From the NCBI GenBank assembly GCA_028534125.1, contig CM052816.1:35838001-35902000 (forward strand): 64,000 nucleotides of DNA, read 5' to 3'. Within the stretch, counting starts at the first letter, position 1, and every line of letters begins with the position of its first letter. The position numbers and the translations under genes were made by a program. Source of the DNA: Lama glama (lineage: Eukaryota). This document shows positions 25,067-36,741 of the stretch, piece by piece. The notes under the pieces were generated by a model. That model saw only the letters and a list, made by a program, of their open reading frames with translations. It was not told where the DNA came from and made no database searches.

Positions 25067-28000
25067 TCTAGAGAAATCAGTGGGAAAGAGATTACTTCTG
25101 GCTCTTCGTCAAGGGCTCTTGGTTGTATTTGCCCTGAATTTTCTGTGTAGTTCTACAGTTTCTCAAGTGGCTCAGTATTTGCATGAATGCAAGTTACTCG
25201 TCTTAAGCCTAGTAGTCTTCATTTCCAGTGACTATCCCCCGAATCTCAGACAAATCAACAAGATTTTTACATTGAGGTTCCTGCATCGTTAATATACACC
25301 ACTCATAAAAGTAACAGGCCAGGGACTTTGTTATAAGTCTTGCTCTTCATAGACAAATCTACTGGAGTGAAAATATTGCCTTGGTCCAAAAAGTTTAAGG
25401 AGGATCTGATCATAAATGTCTAAATATATTTGCAGATCCTCCCTAGAGGTATTTTCTGGGGCAATGCCAGAATTACACCTCAGAAACAGATTTTTAACAC
25501 TTTCCAATTTAAATCCGTATGGTTAAATGAACCTCAAATGTTTATTTCACATTCAGCACAGATGATTAACAGTGTCTCTGCTTCTCCTGGCTGAGTTTTT
25601 TGTGGGTGACTTTAGGAGCCTCCACTTCCATGGAGACTGGGGGGGGGGGGAATATCTGTGTGCTCTAAAATTCCACAATTCTAGTTTCCTTAGTTAGAAA
25701 TCTTTGTTTCTATAGGGTCTGGGGGATAGAGTCCATAAATATGCTTCTGCGTTTTTTCACAGCGTATATATCATTTGCTTTAGCAAAATAAAATTATGCG
25801 ATGTTTGTGTTAACAAGTAAGGGTGGAACTAGTTAAGTTTAGGTGACTCTGCCTGCCTACTTCTTGTTTCTCATGCTGTGTGTATAAATACAATATTACT
25901 GCTCTCCTGAGTGAACTTTGAAGTCTCTGAATGTCTAAGTAGACTTATTTAACTGATACACCTTGGTGGAACAATTATAAAAAGAAAGATGAAACTGTTT
26001 ATCTGTGAAACAGTTATACTTTCATGAAAGTAAGCCAAAAAAGGGAAGGGTGATGAGCACTCTTAATTCAAGTATCTTTTTGTTTTTAATAACAATTATA
26101 CCAACACTTTTTTATAGTTAATTATCAAACAGAAGCAAATCTTTTCAATTTTAAATCCTTGGTGAAATGGATTTCATTAAAACATTGTGTAACTTTTATA
26201 AGAACTATCAATATTATTAAGAATAACCAAGACATTAAGAATAAATCAAGACATTTGTATTTTGCTTGTTTTTTTTGTAGATTTATCTTTATGCTCGTCA
26301 TGGTATAAATAAGGATCTGAGACAGTGACTTTGAGGTGACACCCACTTAAGAGTTTCCAGTTTTATGATTCTCATAGATAAAGGAATTTGAGAATCTTCT
26401 GTGACTATGTATGAACTTAACGTGGTTCCTAAAAAATAAGTGTGCTCTGTGCTTAGAGGATTACTAAATGTAGAAATGGGGTATCTTCAGTGATTAAAAT
26501 GATATCATTTGCATATCTCTAAGGAATAGCTTTGTTCAAAATGGAGTTGATGCCGTAAAAATGTATGGTCATTGCCATGTTTAGGTAAAAAAGAAGATGC
26601 TCAATAGTTCTAACTGTTGTTTTGCCCCTCCATTTTTTTAAAACAGGAAAATAAATGCATTAAATAGTTTTTTTTTTTAACTCACAGCTATTAACAGTGA
26701 TTTGTCCTCAGATTGATAGGTTGTAACCAGATTCCTTGATAGATTGATATGTGTGCTTTTACAGATTGTTTCAACTGCATAAAGTAAAAGCATTGAATTT
26801 ATATACTTTTTTTGTTTTTAGTTTTAATAAGAGCAGCTATTTTGGGTAGAACTTTGAATGCATTTCAGTGTTGCCTAGACAAGGCTCAGAGAGTGAAAAT
26901 ACTGAAAATCCTACATCAGATTAGATTTTTCGATTGTCTTTCTTAAAGTATTTTGTGTTACATTTCAGATCTAGTTAAATTTCAGTTCTAGTTGTGTTGG
27001 AAGTATGCCATTTGTAGTGATGAATCTGAACCTCAGTTTCTTCACCCTAATAAATGGGCATAATAAAAACAATGTTTCTCTCAGATCTGTGAAAATTTAA
27101 AGGAAAATATATCTGTAACAGGACTTTAAAAATGGTTATAAAAATTAGAATGTAGATTGAGAGGATCACCTCACTTTGCACAGATGAATCTTGCTCAATA
27201 ATTCTCTATATTCTTGTAAGTTGCATAGAAAATACATTCTTAAACAAAAACTTAGTTTCAAAATATCATGGGAGAGGTGACTTTTTAAAAAATCAAGTTG
27301 TCTTATTTTGTAATATATGTTGCTCCTGATAGATACGCGATTTATGCAGTTACATCGGGTTATCTTTTAAAGGAATTCACATTTCAGGCTTTGTCTTGTG
27401 ATTTCTACATGAGTAATAATGTGTGAAGAGTGACACTTGAGTGGCAAATCTGCTGGGACCTTCTTCCAGAAAGGAATTTTGGATCTCCTTTGTGAAGTTG
27501 GTCAAGTTTATTTTTAATGCCCTCTCAGTCTGTCTCGAATATATTGTTTCCTCTTTGACTTCTAACACCCTGATATTCTTCTTTGGACTTCACAGGTATA
27601 ATGAGATATCTCCATCTCAAAGGAGAAATTAATGAATACCGACACCCTCTTGGAATGCTTGTATTTCCAATGAGGAGCTTGTTTAAACAAATCAATTCCT
27701 GTCTGGGGCTGTTCCTTACAGGCAGCCTGGCTGTCCCTGGGACCCTTGGATTCTTCTGAATCCTCCTGCCAGAAGAACAGGGTTTAGCCTCTTGACGCCT
27801 CCGTGCTTAAAACACTGCTTAAAAAAAAAAAAGCAGTCATGTTATCAACTGCTTTTAAACTTAGTGTATATTAAAATACACACATTGATCTTAGGACCAT
27901 AAAGAAATCATAACAGCGTCTAGCTAAGAAAGGAAACAGAATTTGTCAAGGAACACACATTTTAATGCACTGAAACCTGAGTTTCTTTAACACATTACTG

Positions 28001-31000
28001 TCAAAGGGCCACTTTCCTGAAGACTTGTCTGGTGGTTATTCAAAGCAGGTTTTATGTCATATGTTTATAGTTATTTGGGATAATAGCAAGTGTGCCTGTT
28101 ACTTGTTTTACAATCGCAATCATATATAATTATTTTATAACATTTGAGTGAGGTATAAATCTTACTTAAACCCAACAAAATGTAATTCATAAGGGAAATT
28201 ATCAATGGTCCTTATGTGCTATGCCCAGAAATTTAGTGACAACTGAGGGCAGCACTTGGCAATAAAAATACTAAAGTTAATTTTAGCAATACCAAAATTA
28301 CTTGAGAGAGCATCACTAACTCTGCATAACTGATTTTCCTGAAAACTACAGTCTTAATATTTAGTATTGCCATGCTCCCTGGAATATCCTATTGAACTTT
28401 GTTACTCGTGTATCATTTCATACAAAAGTGGGTCTTTTGTTCTGCTAAATTGGAAGTGAAAATTGTTAAGGGAATGAGCTTGCTGTTAGTTTAGTTTAAG
28501 TTTTAAACTTTGTAATTTTATATTACATGGATTCAGTGTCTGATGAATGGTTAAGGTTACAATCCCTTCCTGTCCTCAGTGTTCCAGGCTTCCTTCCTTG
28601 ATAAAAGGGTAGTCAAGAAGTTTACATTTTGATGATTTACTGAGACTTTGTATTATTAAAAAAATTCCTTATCACTCTTATATGTCAGTTAAAAAATACC
28701 AACCAGAGACTCCATTCAGCTAGGCTGACTCAGTATTTCCTTTGCATGAGAGCTTGATTGATCAAATTGAGTGTATAGCAATTCAGTAATTCCTTAAGAT
28801 GTTCAAATGATTGAATTTAGTTGCATTTTAATTATTTAGCTTTTATTAATATGGTAAAGAGTGCAGTGAAGATTAGAGCTGAACATATTTCAGTGCATTT
28901 GATGAATTTAGACAAACATGATAGAACAAGCTGATCCTAGTATACCTCACCTTTTACCTTACACTTTCTGAGGAGGGGAGGTTTGAGTTATCTTCATTCT
29001 CTTTACAAAGTGCCCAATTAGGTCAATGTATTTTACATGTTTAAAAAACAGACAGTGGTGAACTGCGCTTTAATAGTAGGTAGTCCTAAACTCGAATTTT
29101 TGAGTTTGGACAGCTGCAAATCCCCTTTAATTTCTCTCCTAAAAATTTTTTGGATCATCTGACTTCCCTTATGGAGATACTGTAAAACATGAATAGAATG
29201 TACAATTAGGTCTTTAAGAAAAAGAATGAATTCTGTTTATTGATTTGAATGGAATAATGAGCATTATAATTGGTTACAGCAAACAACTATGATTTTTTTT
29301 TCTCCGGTATCTAACTGAAATCTCTAGTAATTTTATATGTTCTTAATCATCTTAGTAAAATTTGCCAAATGTCACTTCAGGTTAGTTTTTTGACACTGAC
29401 TCCTTAAAAAAAAAATTAAACCAACTGGGCAATTACAAAAATATTTACAGTTAAATAGCTTTTTGTTTTTGTTTTTTTAAATAAAGAGAATATCTCTACG
29501 TTTACCTCAACAAAAGGCAATGTAAACTTACAGGAAAAACTCCATAGACTTTGATACAGTATTAGAACCACCTCCCTCCCCAGCCCACCTCTCACCTGCC
29601 ATCCCATAGTAAGCCACTGTGAGTGGTGGGAAGTGAGTGTGACTTTTTTTTTTCAGTCACTCTTTTCGAAGCCACTGATCTCCCTTCTGGACATTGCCAA
29701 GACAGCAGCACGTGTACTAGTATTGCCAGAGCACACTCTTAATTCTGGGTGTTGGGTGATCACAGCTTCTTTTTAGGACACACTTGAATTGGTGGTATGT
29801 GTGAGATCCGATTTGGAAGCCACTCAAGGAGTTTGGACTAACTCCACCTTGGGCCCTCGCATTGCCCTTCTGGGCAGAGTAGACACAGTGGCAAGCGAGC
29901 ATTGGGTGGTTGATGGGATCAAGCCCTGCTCACAAGATATACAGGGTCACATTAAGTGGATTTGCACCTCAGTCTGATAGGGCGTTTTAAGACTACAGTA
30001 ATCAGCGTTGGAAGACGATTGGTTTTTCTTGTTATGAATTGCTAATTAGTATTGAAAGCCTAACCTGTTTTGTTGAACAGCCTCCTTTTTTTCTCTCAGA
30101 GAGTGGCTTGGACAGTAATCTATTTACTCTATCTCTACACTCCTCTTCCTTCTTGTTAAAATAAAATCTAGAAACCTCTGAGGACTCCCCACTGTTGAGT
30201 TCTGCTTGGAAGGAGCTTTAAAACAGTGGCTCCAAACTGAAGTAAATATTGACTGGGCCTGGGGCTGGCCGGGACGGCTCAAAGCCTCCTATTGTTCCTG
30301 CTTAGTCAGCACTCAGAGCTGGCTCAAGTATGCGTGTGTTACGGAGGAAAAAGGCTGCGGAGGGAAATGAACAGGGCCCACAGCTGAAGTCGTAAACGCG
30401 CCATGTAGACTACAAAGGCCGCAGGAGCTTATACTGGGTTACAGAGTTTGGAAGACTAAGAAGTGCCAGACCACTCTCTACCCTGGCTGCTGCAGAGAAG
30501 GTTAAGGTGCACGAAGCTGTTGGTCTTGGTGAGTCCAGCCTGTTTCTGAGTGAAACCTTCGTGCTGGTGATGCTGTCTTCTCAAGGGCAGATGAAATGTA
30601 TAGCATTTCTGTGGACTTGAAAGAGGAGGGGTAAACCTGGATCCCAGACTAATCCTTCTGCCTCCCTGTACCTGTTCTGATGCTTGTCAGCCTTTCTGTC
30701 TTCAGCTGTCATGTCAGGTTGCATACTCTCTTGGGTCTCTTAAGTGCTTCCCGCATCCCCCAGGGTATCAAATGGGTGAGGGAGAACCACATGCCATCTG
30801 AAATGCAAGTTCTGAAGTTCTGAAGCGGAGATGTTCTTATTCTATGAAAAATTTAAACTTTTTTTTTTAAAGGAAAATTAAATCATTTAAATGTAGAACA
30901 GATTTCCTTGTTTAAAGTGGAGTACTTTGAGTTAAAAAGCTGCCTATATTATTACCATTCAATTCAAGAACCCAAACAAACAGCTGGCTGACTTATGTTT

Positions 31001-32109
31001 TAGTAAAAACCATCCCAGTACATTTACTAACTGGAAAAGTAAACATCCTTAAAATGAAATTCTCATGTGTCCTGACTGCAGAGTGATTTTTAATAAAGAC
31101 ACAATAAAGCCAGTAACATTTTTGGATTATTGTTCATTGTGACTGATATTGTAAGCATCCCTTCATCTTAAATGCCTCGTCTTCTATGACACTTGATGTG
31201 AACATGTCAGTGCTAAAGACTGCATGCACACAAATACCAAGACAATTAGGAAACTCATTAATTGTCAAGGCAATGATCAAAATGTTTTGCTTCACTCAGG
31301 TCACACTAAGAATGAACAACAAGCGAACAATGTCACAATAAAGCAAGGAATGCTATGGACAGAGAAGGCACATGTGTTCAGGAGTATCAGAAACTACTTT
31401 CTGAAAGAAGAATAATGTAGTCTAGGGCCTTGAATGATGAGTATGATTTTAGTAGAGATAGGGAGAAAGAGTAGAAGAATATCTGGGGATCCATAGCAAC
31501 AGGAGTAAAGACTTGGGGCTGCAACTTTGTCAGTGGATGTGGGGGATATACCAAAAGTAGTTAATTCAGAGTGGGTGAGATTTGGTGGGAGATTGGAAGT
31601 TTGGTCTAGAATAGGTTAGCCATGGTGTAGGGTGTCAACAGAAGGTTGAAGATCTGCAAATGAGGCTTGGTTTGTAAGTGGTTAGGTGGTGGGATGGTAA
31701 AAATCAGGGCAGTTTTAGTATTTCCAGATGGAACACAGGGGTGCTCTTTCACATCTAAATTATTTCTCCAATTTATGGATTGAGCTGTTGTTTTCAAACT
31801 TCTATTTTAGCCAAAAAAAACATTGTTCATGAAAATCAGTAGCAAAAACCTCTACTATGTAAGACAGAAAGAAAGAAAAACAGAAACCACCAAGTAAACA
31901 TCAGGCTGCATTTAAAAGAGACTGGGGTCTGAGTCTCCCCCTACCTCTCTCCCCTAGCTTTTGAGAGGCTGTGAGGAGCCCCTACGGCTCTTTGAGCCAC
32001 TTACAAAACCCTCAGGTAAAGCCTTGACGTTTATTCAGAGGAGGGTATAATGCTGCACTGTTGCTTTTACAGGCCCAGACTTGCTTGTGTGCCCCTCCAG
32101 AGATGGATG

Positions 32110-32310
32110 TATTTCTGAATCACTCCTATTTATTGAGCACTTGCTGTTTACCAAGCTGTGTGCTTTACAGACTTCACAGTCATTATGTATTTAATCCTGA
32201 CGACATCTTTTGTGAGAAAAGGAATTATAAAGATCTTTGTTCTACAGATGTGAAAACTGAGCTTTGTATACTTTGAACTTGGCCGGTCAGTGGCCTTTAA
32301 CCACTGAGCT
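32110..32310 (-). mobile_element. MIR SINE
   Basis: ttattgagcacttgct..., core acagatgtgaaaactgag, end cctttaaccactgagct. Confidence 0.6.
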
Positions 32311-33489
32311 GGGCTGTGAGGAGTGACACACTTTGTATGACAGAACTCAGTAAAATGTTGAAAGGTTACCTTGGGACAGAAGTTTGGAGGAGGCGTAGTG
32401 GAGAAGAACAGTGAGACCATGTGTGAATATGAAAGGAGGGTTAAAAATGCACACATATTCCTCCTTGTTGAGCATTTAATAGACTGAGAAGTAGCAAGCT
32501 GCACCTGTTGCGCCTACCGCAGATAATTAGTATGACTGGAGGTGCACTGTTTTTTGTGAACTCAGTTCTTTGAATCTAATTGTGAGGCCATATGTATACA
32601 CAATGTATGTTGTGTATGAAGAATAATCGGACTAGTTGGGAACTCACCAGCCAGCGGGCCCTCCTCCTCTGCATTCGGGTAAGCTGGATTCCGGAAGGCT
32701 GGCCACAATAGAGAGCTATTTCTGAAGATTTTCAGGAGAAATTCTGGAATTCCTTGAATAAAGACTTCAGACTTCAACAGTCATATCATCAGGAAATTCT
32801 TCCCTCTATTTAATCCAAATTCCTGCACTTTCAGTCAGGTTTGGGTTACATAATAACAATATGGATTTGCTTAAAATTTTTTAAATGCAGCTTTTCACTC
32901 CACAGTAAATATATTCTGAGCAAAAAGCATGTGTTTTTTAAGCCATCAGGAGCAGTATCTGAATGCTTGGATTGATTCTATGTTCTTTTGTGTCCCAGAG
33001 CCCACCCCCACTCCCACCTTTCTCCTCTTCCTGTTACTTCCTCTCATCACAGGAGATTTTGCCCTATAGCTTAACAGCCAGTAAATTATTCCTGATTAGT
33101 TTCAAAGGCAGAAGTCTCCTGATAGGATGTGGGTGGATCAGGTTCCTAGATAATCTCCAGAGAGACAACATGGAGGGGGAAGAAAGAGTTTTGGCACCTT
33201 ATTCGTTACGGACATCTGCTTTGCCAGGCTAACCCAGGTCTTTTAGTTGAAACGTGTGCTCAGAAACATTAGGTGATTCATGGCCTTTGCACAGTCCTTG
33301 GTGCCTCTGCAGTGGAAGTTATTACCCTTCCTTTACTTTCGTGTGTATGAATAATACTGGTATAAGGATGATACTGTAGTTTGTGCACACTGTCTGCATC
33401 TTTGTATGTGTTCCATTCCCTACAGTTTAAGACTCTTGAGGTCAAGGATTGTGGTTTACGTGCAGAAACACTATCAAAGGCTGGCTCTT

Positions 33490-33720
33490 GATGGTTAAGA
33501 GTCTAAGGCAGATCCTGGGGACAGTTCTCAGCATCTCCACTAATTAATTATTGTGGTCCTGGACAAGTTACTTAGCCTTTTCCTGCTTCATCTACCTCAT
33601 CTGTATTTGAGAATGAAATGCATTTATCTGGTAGGGTTATTGTGATGATTAAATGACATATTACATCAGAACAGTGCCTGACATGGAGTATGTGATTAGT
33701 ATATGTTAGCTATTAATAAA
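33490..33720 (+). mobile_element. MIR SINE
   Basis: ctggacaagttacttagcc...cctcatctgt...agggttattgtgatgattaaatga...agaacagtgcctgaca. Confidence 0.75.
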
Positions 33721-34184
33721 TACTTTTGCATGAATTTCTTCATTTTCATCATCTGTTTAAGTACAAAGAAATCTTACAGTGATACAGAGATATGTTAAGG
33801 AGACAGCACTGACTTTGGAGTTGGGTGATCTGGGTTCAATGCTTATTACTCTTCCTTAATTCTCAATTTCCACTTGTGTGAAATAGAGAGGATGTATAAT
33901 TTGTGATGATCCATTGAGGAAGTAAATGCATGTAAAATGCCTGCTGCATAATATCTGCTCAGTGAAATCTAGGTATTATTGTTGTTAGAGAATCATTTGA
34001 GTATTAACCTATGAGATACACTGTTTGCCTATAGACTTCCTCTCTTCATTTCATTTTCTTGCTTGCCTATTGCCAAATGTTTTGATAATTTAACTGAACT
34101 CATGTGTTAATCATGTGGAAATGCTTCCTGATTTTGTCAGTTTGAAAGACAAAGTAATATCTTAAAAAAAAAAAATACCCCAGC

Positions 34185-34450
34185 CTAGAGTCAGGTGACA
34201 TGGATGTCACTGTTTTTCTCTACCAACTGGATGTTTGACCTTAAGCAAATCACTGAATGCTCCAGGGCTCTGTTCTTCATCTTGACAACAAGGTGATTGA
34301 ATTAGTTGATCTCTTATGCTGGAGCATCTGACTCAGAAGATCTGAGATGTGTCAGCGCTTTGACACTACTTAACTGTTTGACCTTGGGCAAGTCACTTAA
34401 CCTTGGTCAAGTCGAGTTCCCTCATCTGTGAAATGAGAGGATTGTTGTCC
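34185..34450 (+). mobile_element. Two adjacent MIR core fragments
   Basis: tgaccttaagcaaatcactgaat... and tgaccttgggcaagtcacttaacct...cctcatctgtgaaatg. Confidence 0.65.
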
Positions 34451-36634
34451 TCTGGGAGGTTGTTTTCAACTTCATGAATCTTTTGGTCTCTTTAACTTCC
34501 TTGGATAAAATATATAATGTGCTCCCTTTGTCCCATTTTATCTGTGCAGAGGAACTAATACCAACTAATACAATATGTATAAACATTTGAAGAGAACATA
34601 CACATGGTTTTTCTTTTCAAATTCAACTTTACAGATTAAAAAAAATTTTTTTCTGTGTTACTTCTAATCATGAATTTAAGAATTTATCTGGAAAACTACA
34701 CTGAAGTTACAGTTAGTCAGTAAGAAAAATGATATACAATGTCATAGCTTTGGGTATGTTTTATGCCCAAACTAGCCAAGTCACCATCATCCAAGTTAAT
34801 GAATCCAATCCTGAGATTTGACACAGGGAAACTTTGACAGAATTGCATCTTGATTAAACTCTCAGTTTAGTTTGGTTCTAAAAATTAAGCAAGGTTTTTA
34901 AAAAAGTGTTTTAAAACAAGACAAAGGAGGGCCTACAACAAAAAAAAAGTTTTTCAATTCACAGCTCTAAGATCTAAATCATAAGTTGATTTACTGAACT
35001 GTTTGATTTTCATTTGTTTTCCTTTTGCTTTTTGGAGGAGATATAAAGTAGAAAAGGGAAGACTTTAGAACATTGGGTAAATAGAAAAGTACTGGAATGC
35101 AGCATACAACTATACAATTTAAACCTTTATGATACATTAAATCAGTACGACTCCACTGTCAGTCTTTCGTCCTGCGTTTTTGCTTTAGCGTGTCTAATTT
35201 TGCGTACTCATTTTTGATTATTAAAAATGTAAATAATGTCATTGTAGACTTTATAATAGAAAGGAATATTTCAACCATTACTTTAATAATCAGTGAAAAC
35301 CAAAATGGACAAGACAGTTTGAATCTTTAAAATAGGTTTCAAGATGCCAGTTCACTATACAAGAAAGAATGATTCAGCCAGAAAATCAATTAAAATTTTA
35401 AGTGAGTTAAGTGCATTTGCATCAAGATGATGGTAAATGTGGAGACGGGTATGTAAACAGCAGTGAGTAATTATTAGCTCACTCACCTGTTTTCTGCCTT
35501 CCTTGCATTAGACAGACCTGCTTACAGAGGAGAAATCGTCTCATTTATTTGGAGACACCTGGCCTACTTCAGGATCTGTTTTCTTAGTTGTTTCTAGTTG
35601 CATTATTCCTGATCAGTTTCATGGGTAGACTGGACTGGCTTGACCCCATTTCTGTGGCAGTGGTGGGTTTTCAGTGGACTAATCACGATCACAGAGCACG
35701 GAGATGTGTCCTCTTAGAGGTCAGGGCTTGTTCTCATCCAAGTAGATTGATCTGTGAGCAGCAGCCTTTACCGACAGCGGGATGTGTGTCCGCCAGTGTG
35801 TTTCTGCATTTAGTGATTTGTTGGACATGAACTTAACATTTTTCATTTCCTTGCCATCTAATAAAAGCAGTCTGACTAAATTTAAGAATCCATGTTTAAC
35901 TTCTGTAGAATCTGTTTCGTTTTTTCCCTTGGCTTGTAATTTTGTAATCTTTGATCTTTGGTTATCAGAATGAGTATTAAAGTAGGTTTATTTTGCTGAT
36001 ATTTATTACTACTTAACAATGTAGTTATGTTGATTAAAAGATAGTCTTAAAATAAGAGTTAATTATAATAAAAATTTTGATTATGAAACTATGATTTTTA
36101 AACTGTATTTTTTTACAAGTATTGAGTTTCTGTTAATCCATTACAGTCAGTTGTACCCATGATGAAATTGTGAGATGCTGAAGAAAGTGTATATATAGTA
36201 ACTTTATATTTAGACTGAAAAGTTTGTATCTGGTTCCTGTATTTCCAGAATTGCGTAAGATAGAAATGCATTGATATTAGTTAATATGCAAAATAAGTAA
36301 TTTTATTTAATTACATACATAAACTGCACTTTATCTTATCTGCAAATTAGTTTATCCACTATGTCATTTGCTTTTTGTTTTGTATCATTATCAGAGTGAC
36401 ACCATCACAAAGACGCTATTTTTGAAAAAACTAAATAATATGTTTATAGAGCCGTTATTATGCATAACTATCATTCATTTTATATTTTACTTAAACCTAC
36501 TTATTAGCTGACTGCAACATGCTGATAATAATATTCAAAAGTCCTGATTCCATAGTAAAATTACTGTATCTGGAGGAACTTGGCGAACTGATCTTGAATG
36601 TGTATAGTTTACACACAAAAATCCTACATAATGA

Positions 36635-36741
36635 GTGCTCGCTTCAGCAGCACATATACTAAAATTGGAATGATACAGAAAAGATTAGCATGGCCCCTGC
36701 GCAATGATGACACGCAGATTCGTGAAGCGTTCTGTATTTTT
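36635..36741 (+). pseudogene. Full-length retroposed U6 snRNA pseudogene
   Basis: 107 nt GTGCTCGCTTC...TATTTTT with 7 differences from recalled U6 (positions 12, 37, 46, 71, 83, 99, 100). Followed by an A-rich tail and flanked by the TSD aaaaatc(c/g)tacataatga at 36617-36634 and 36753-36770. Confidence 0.96.
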
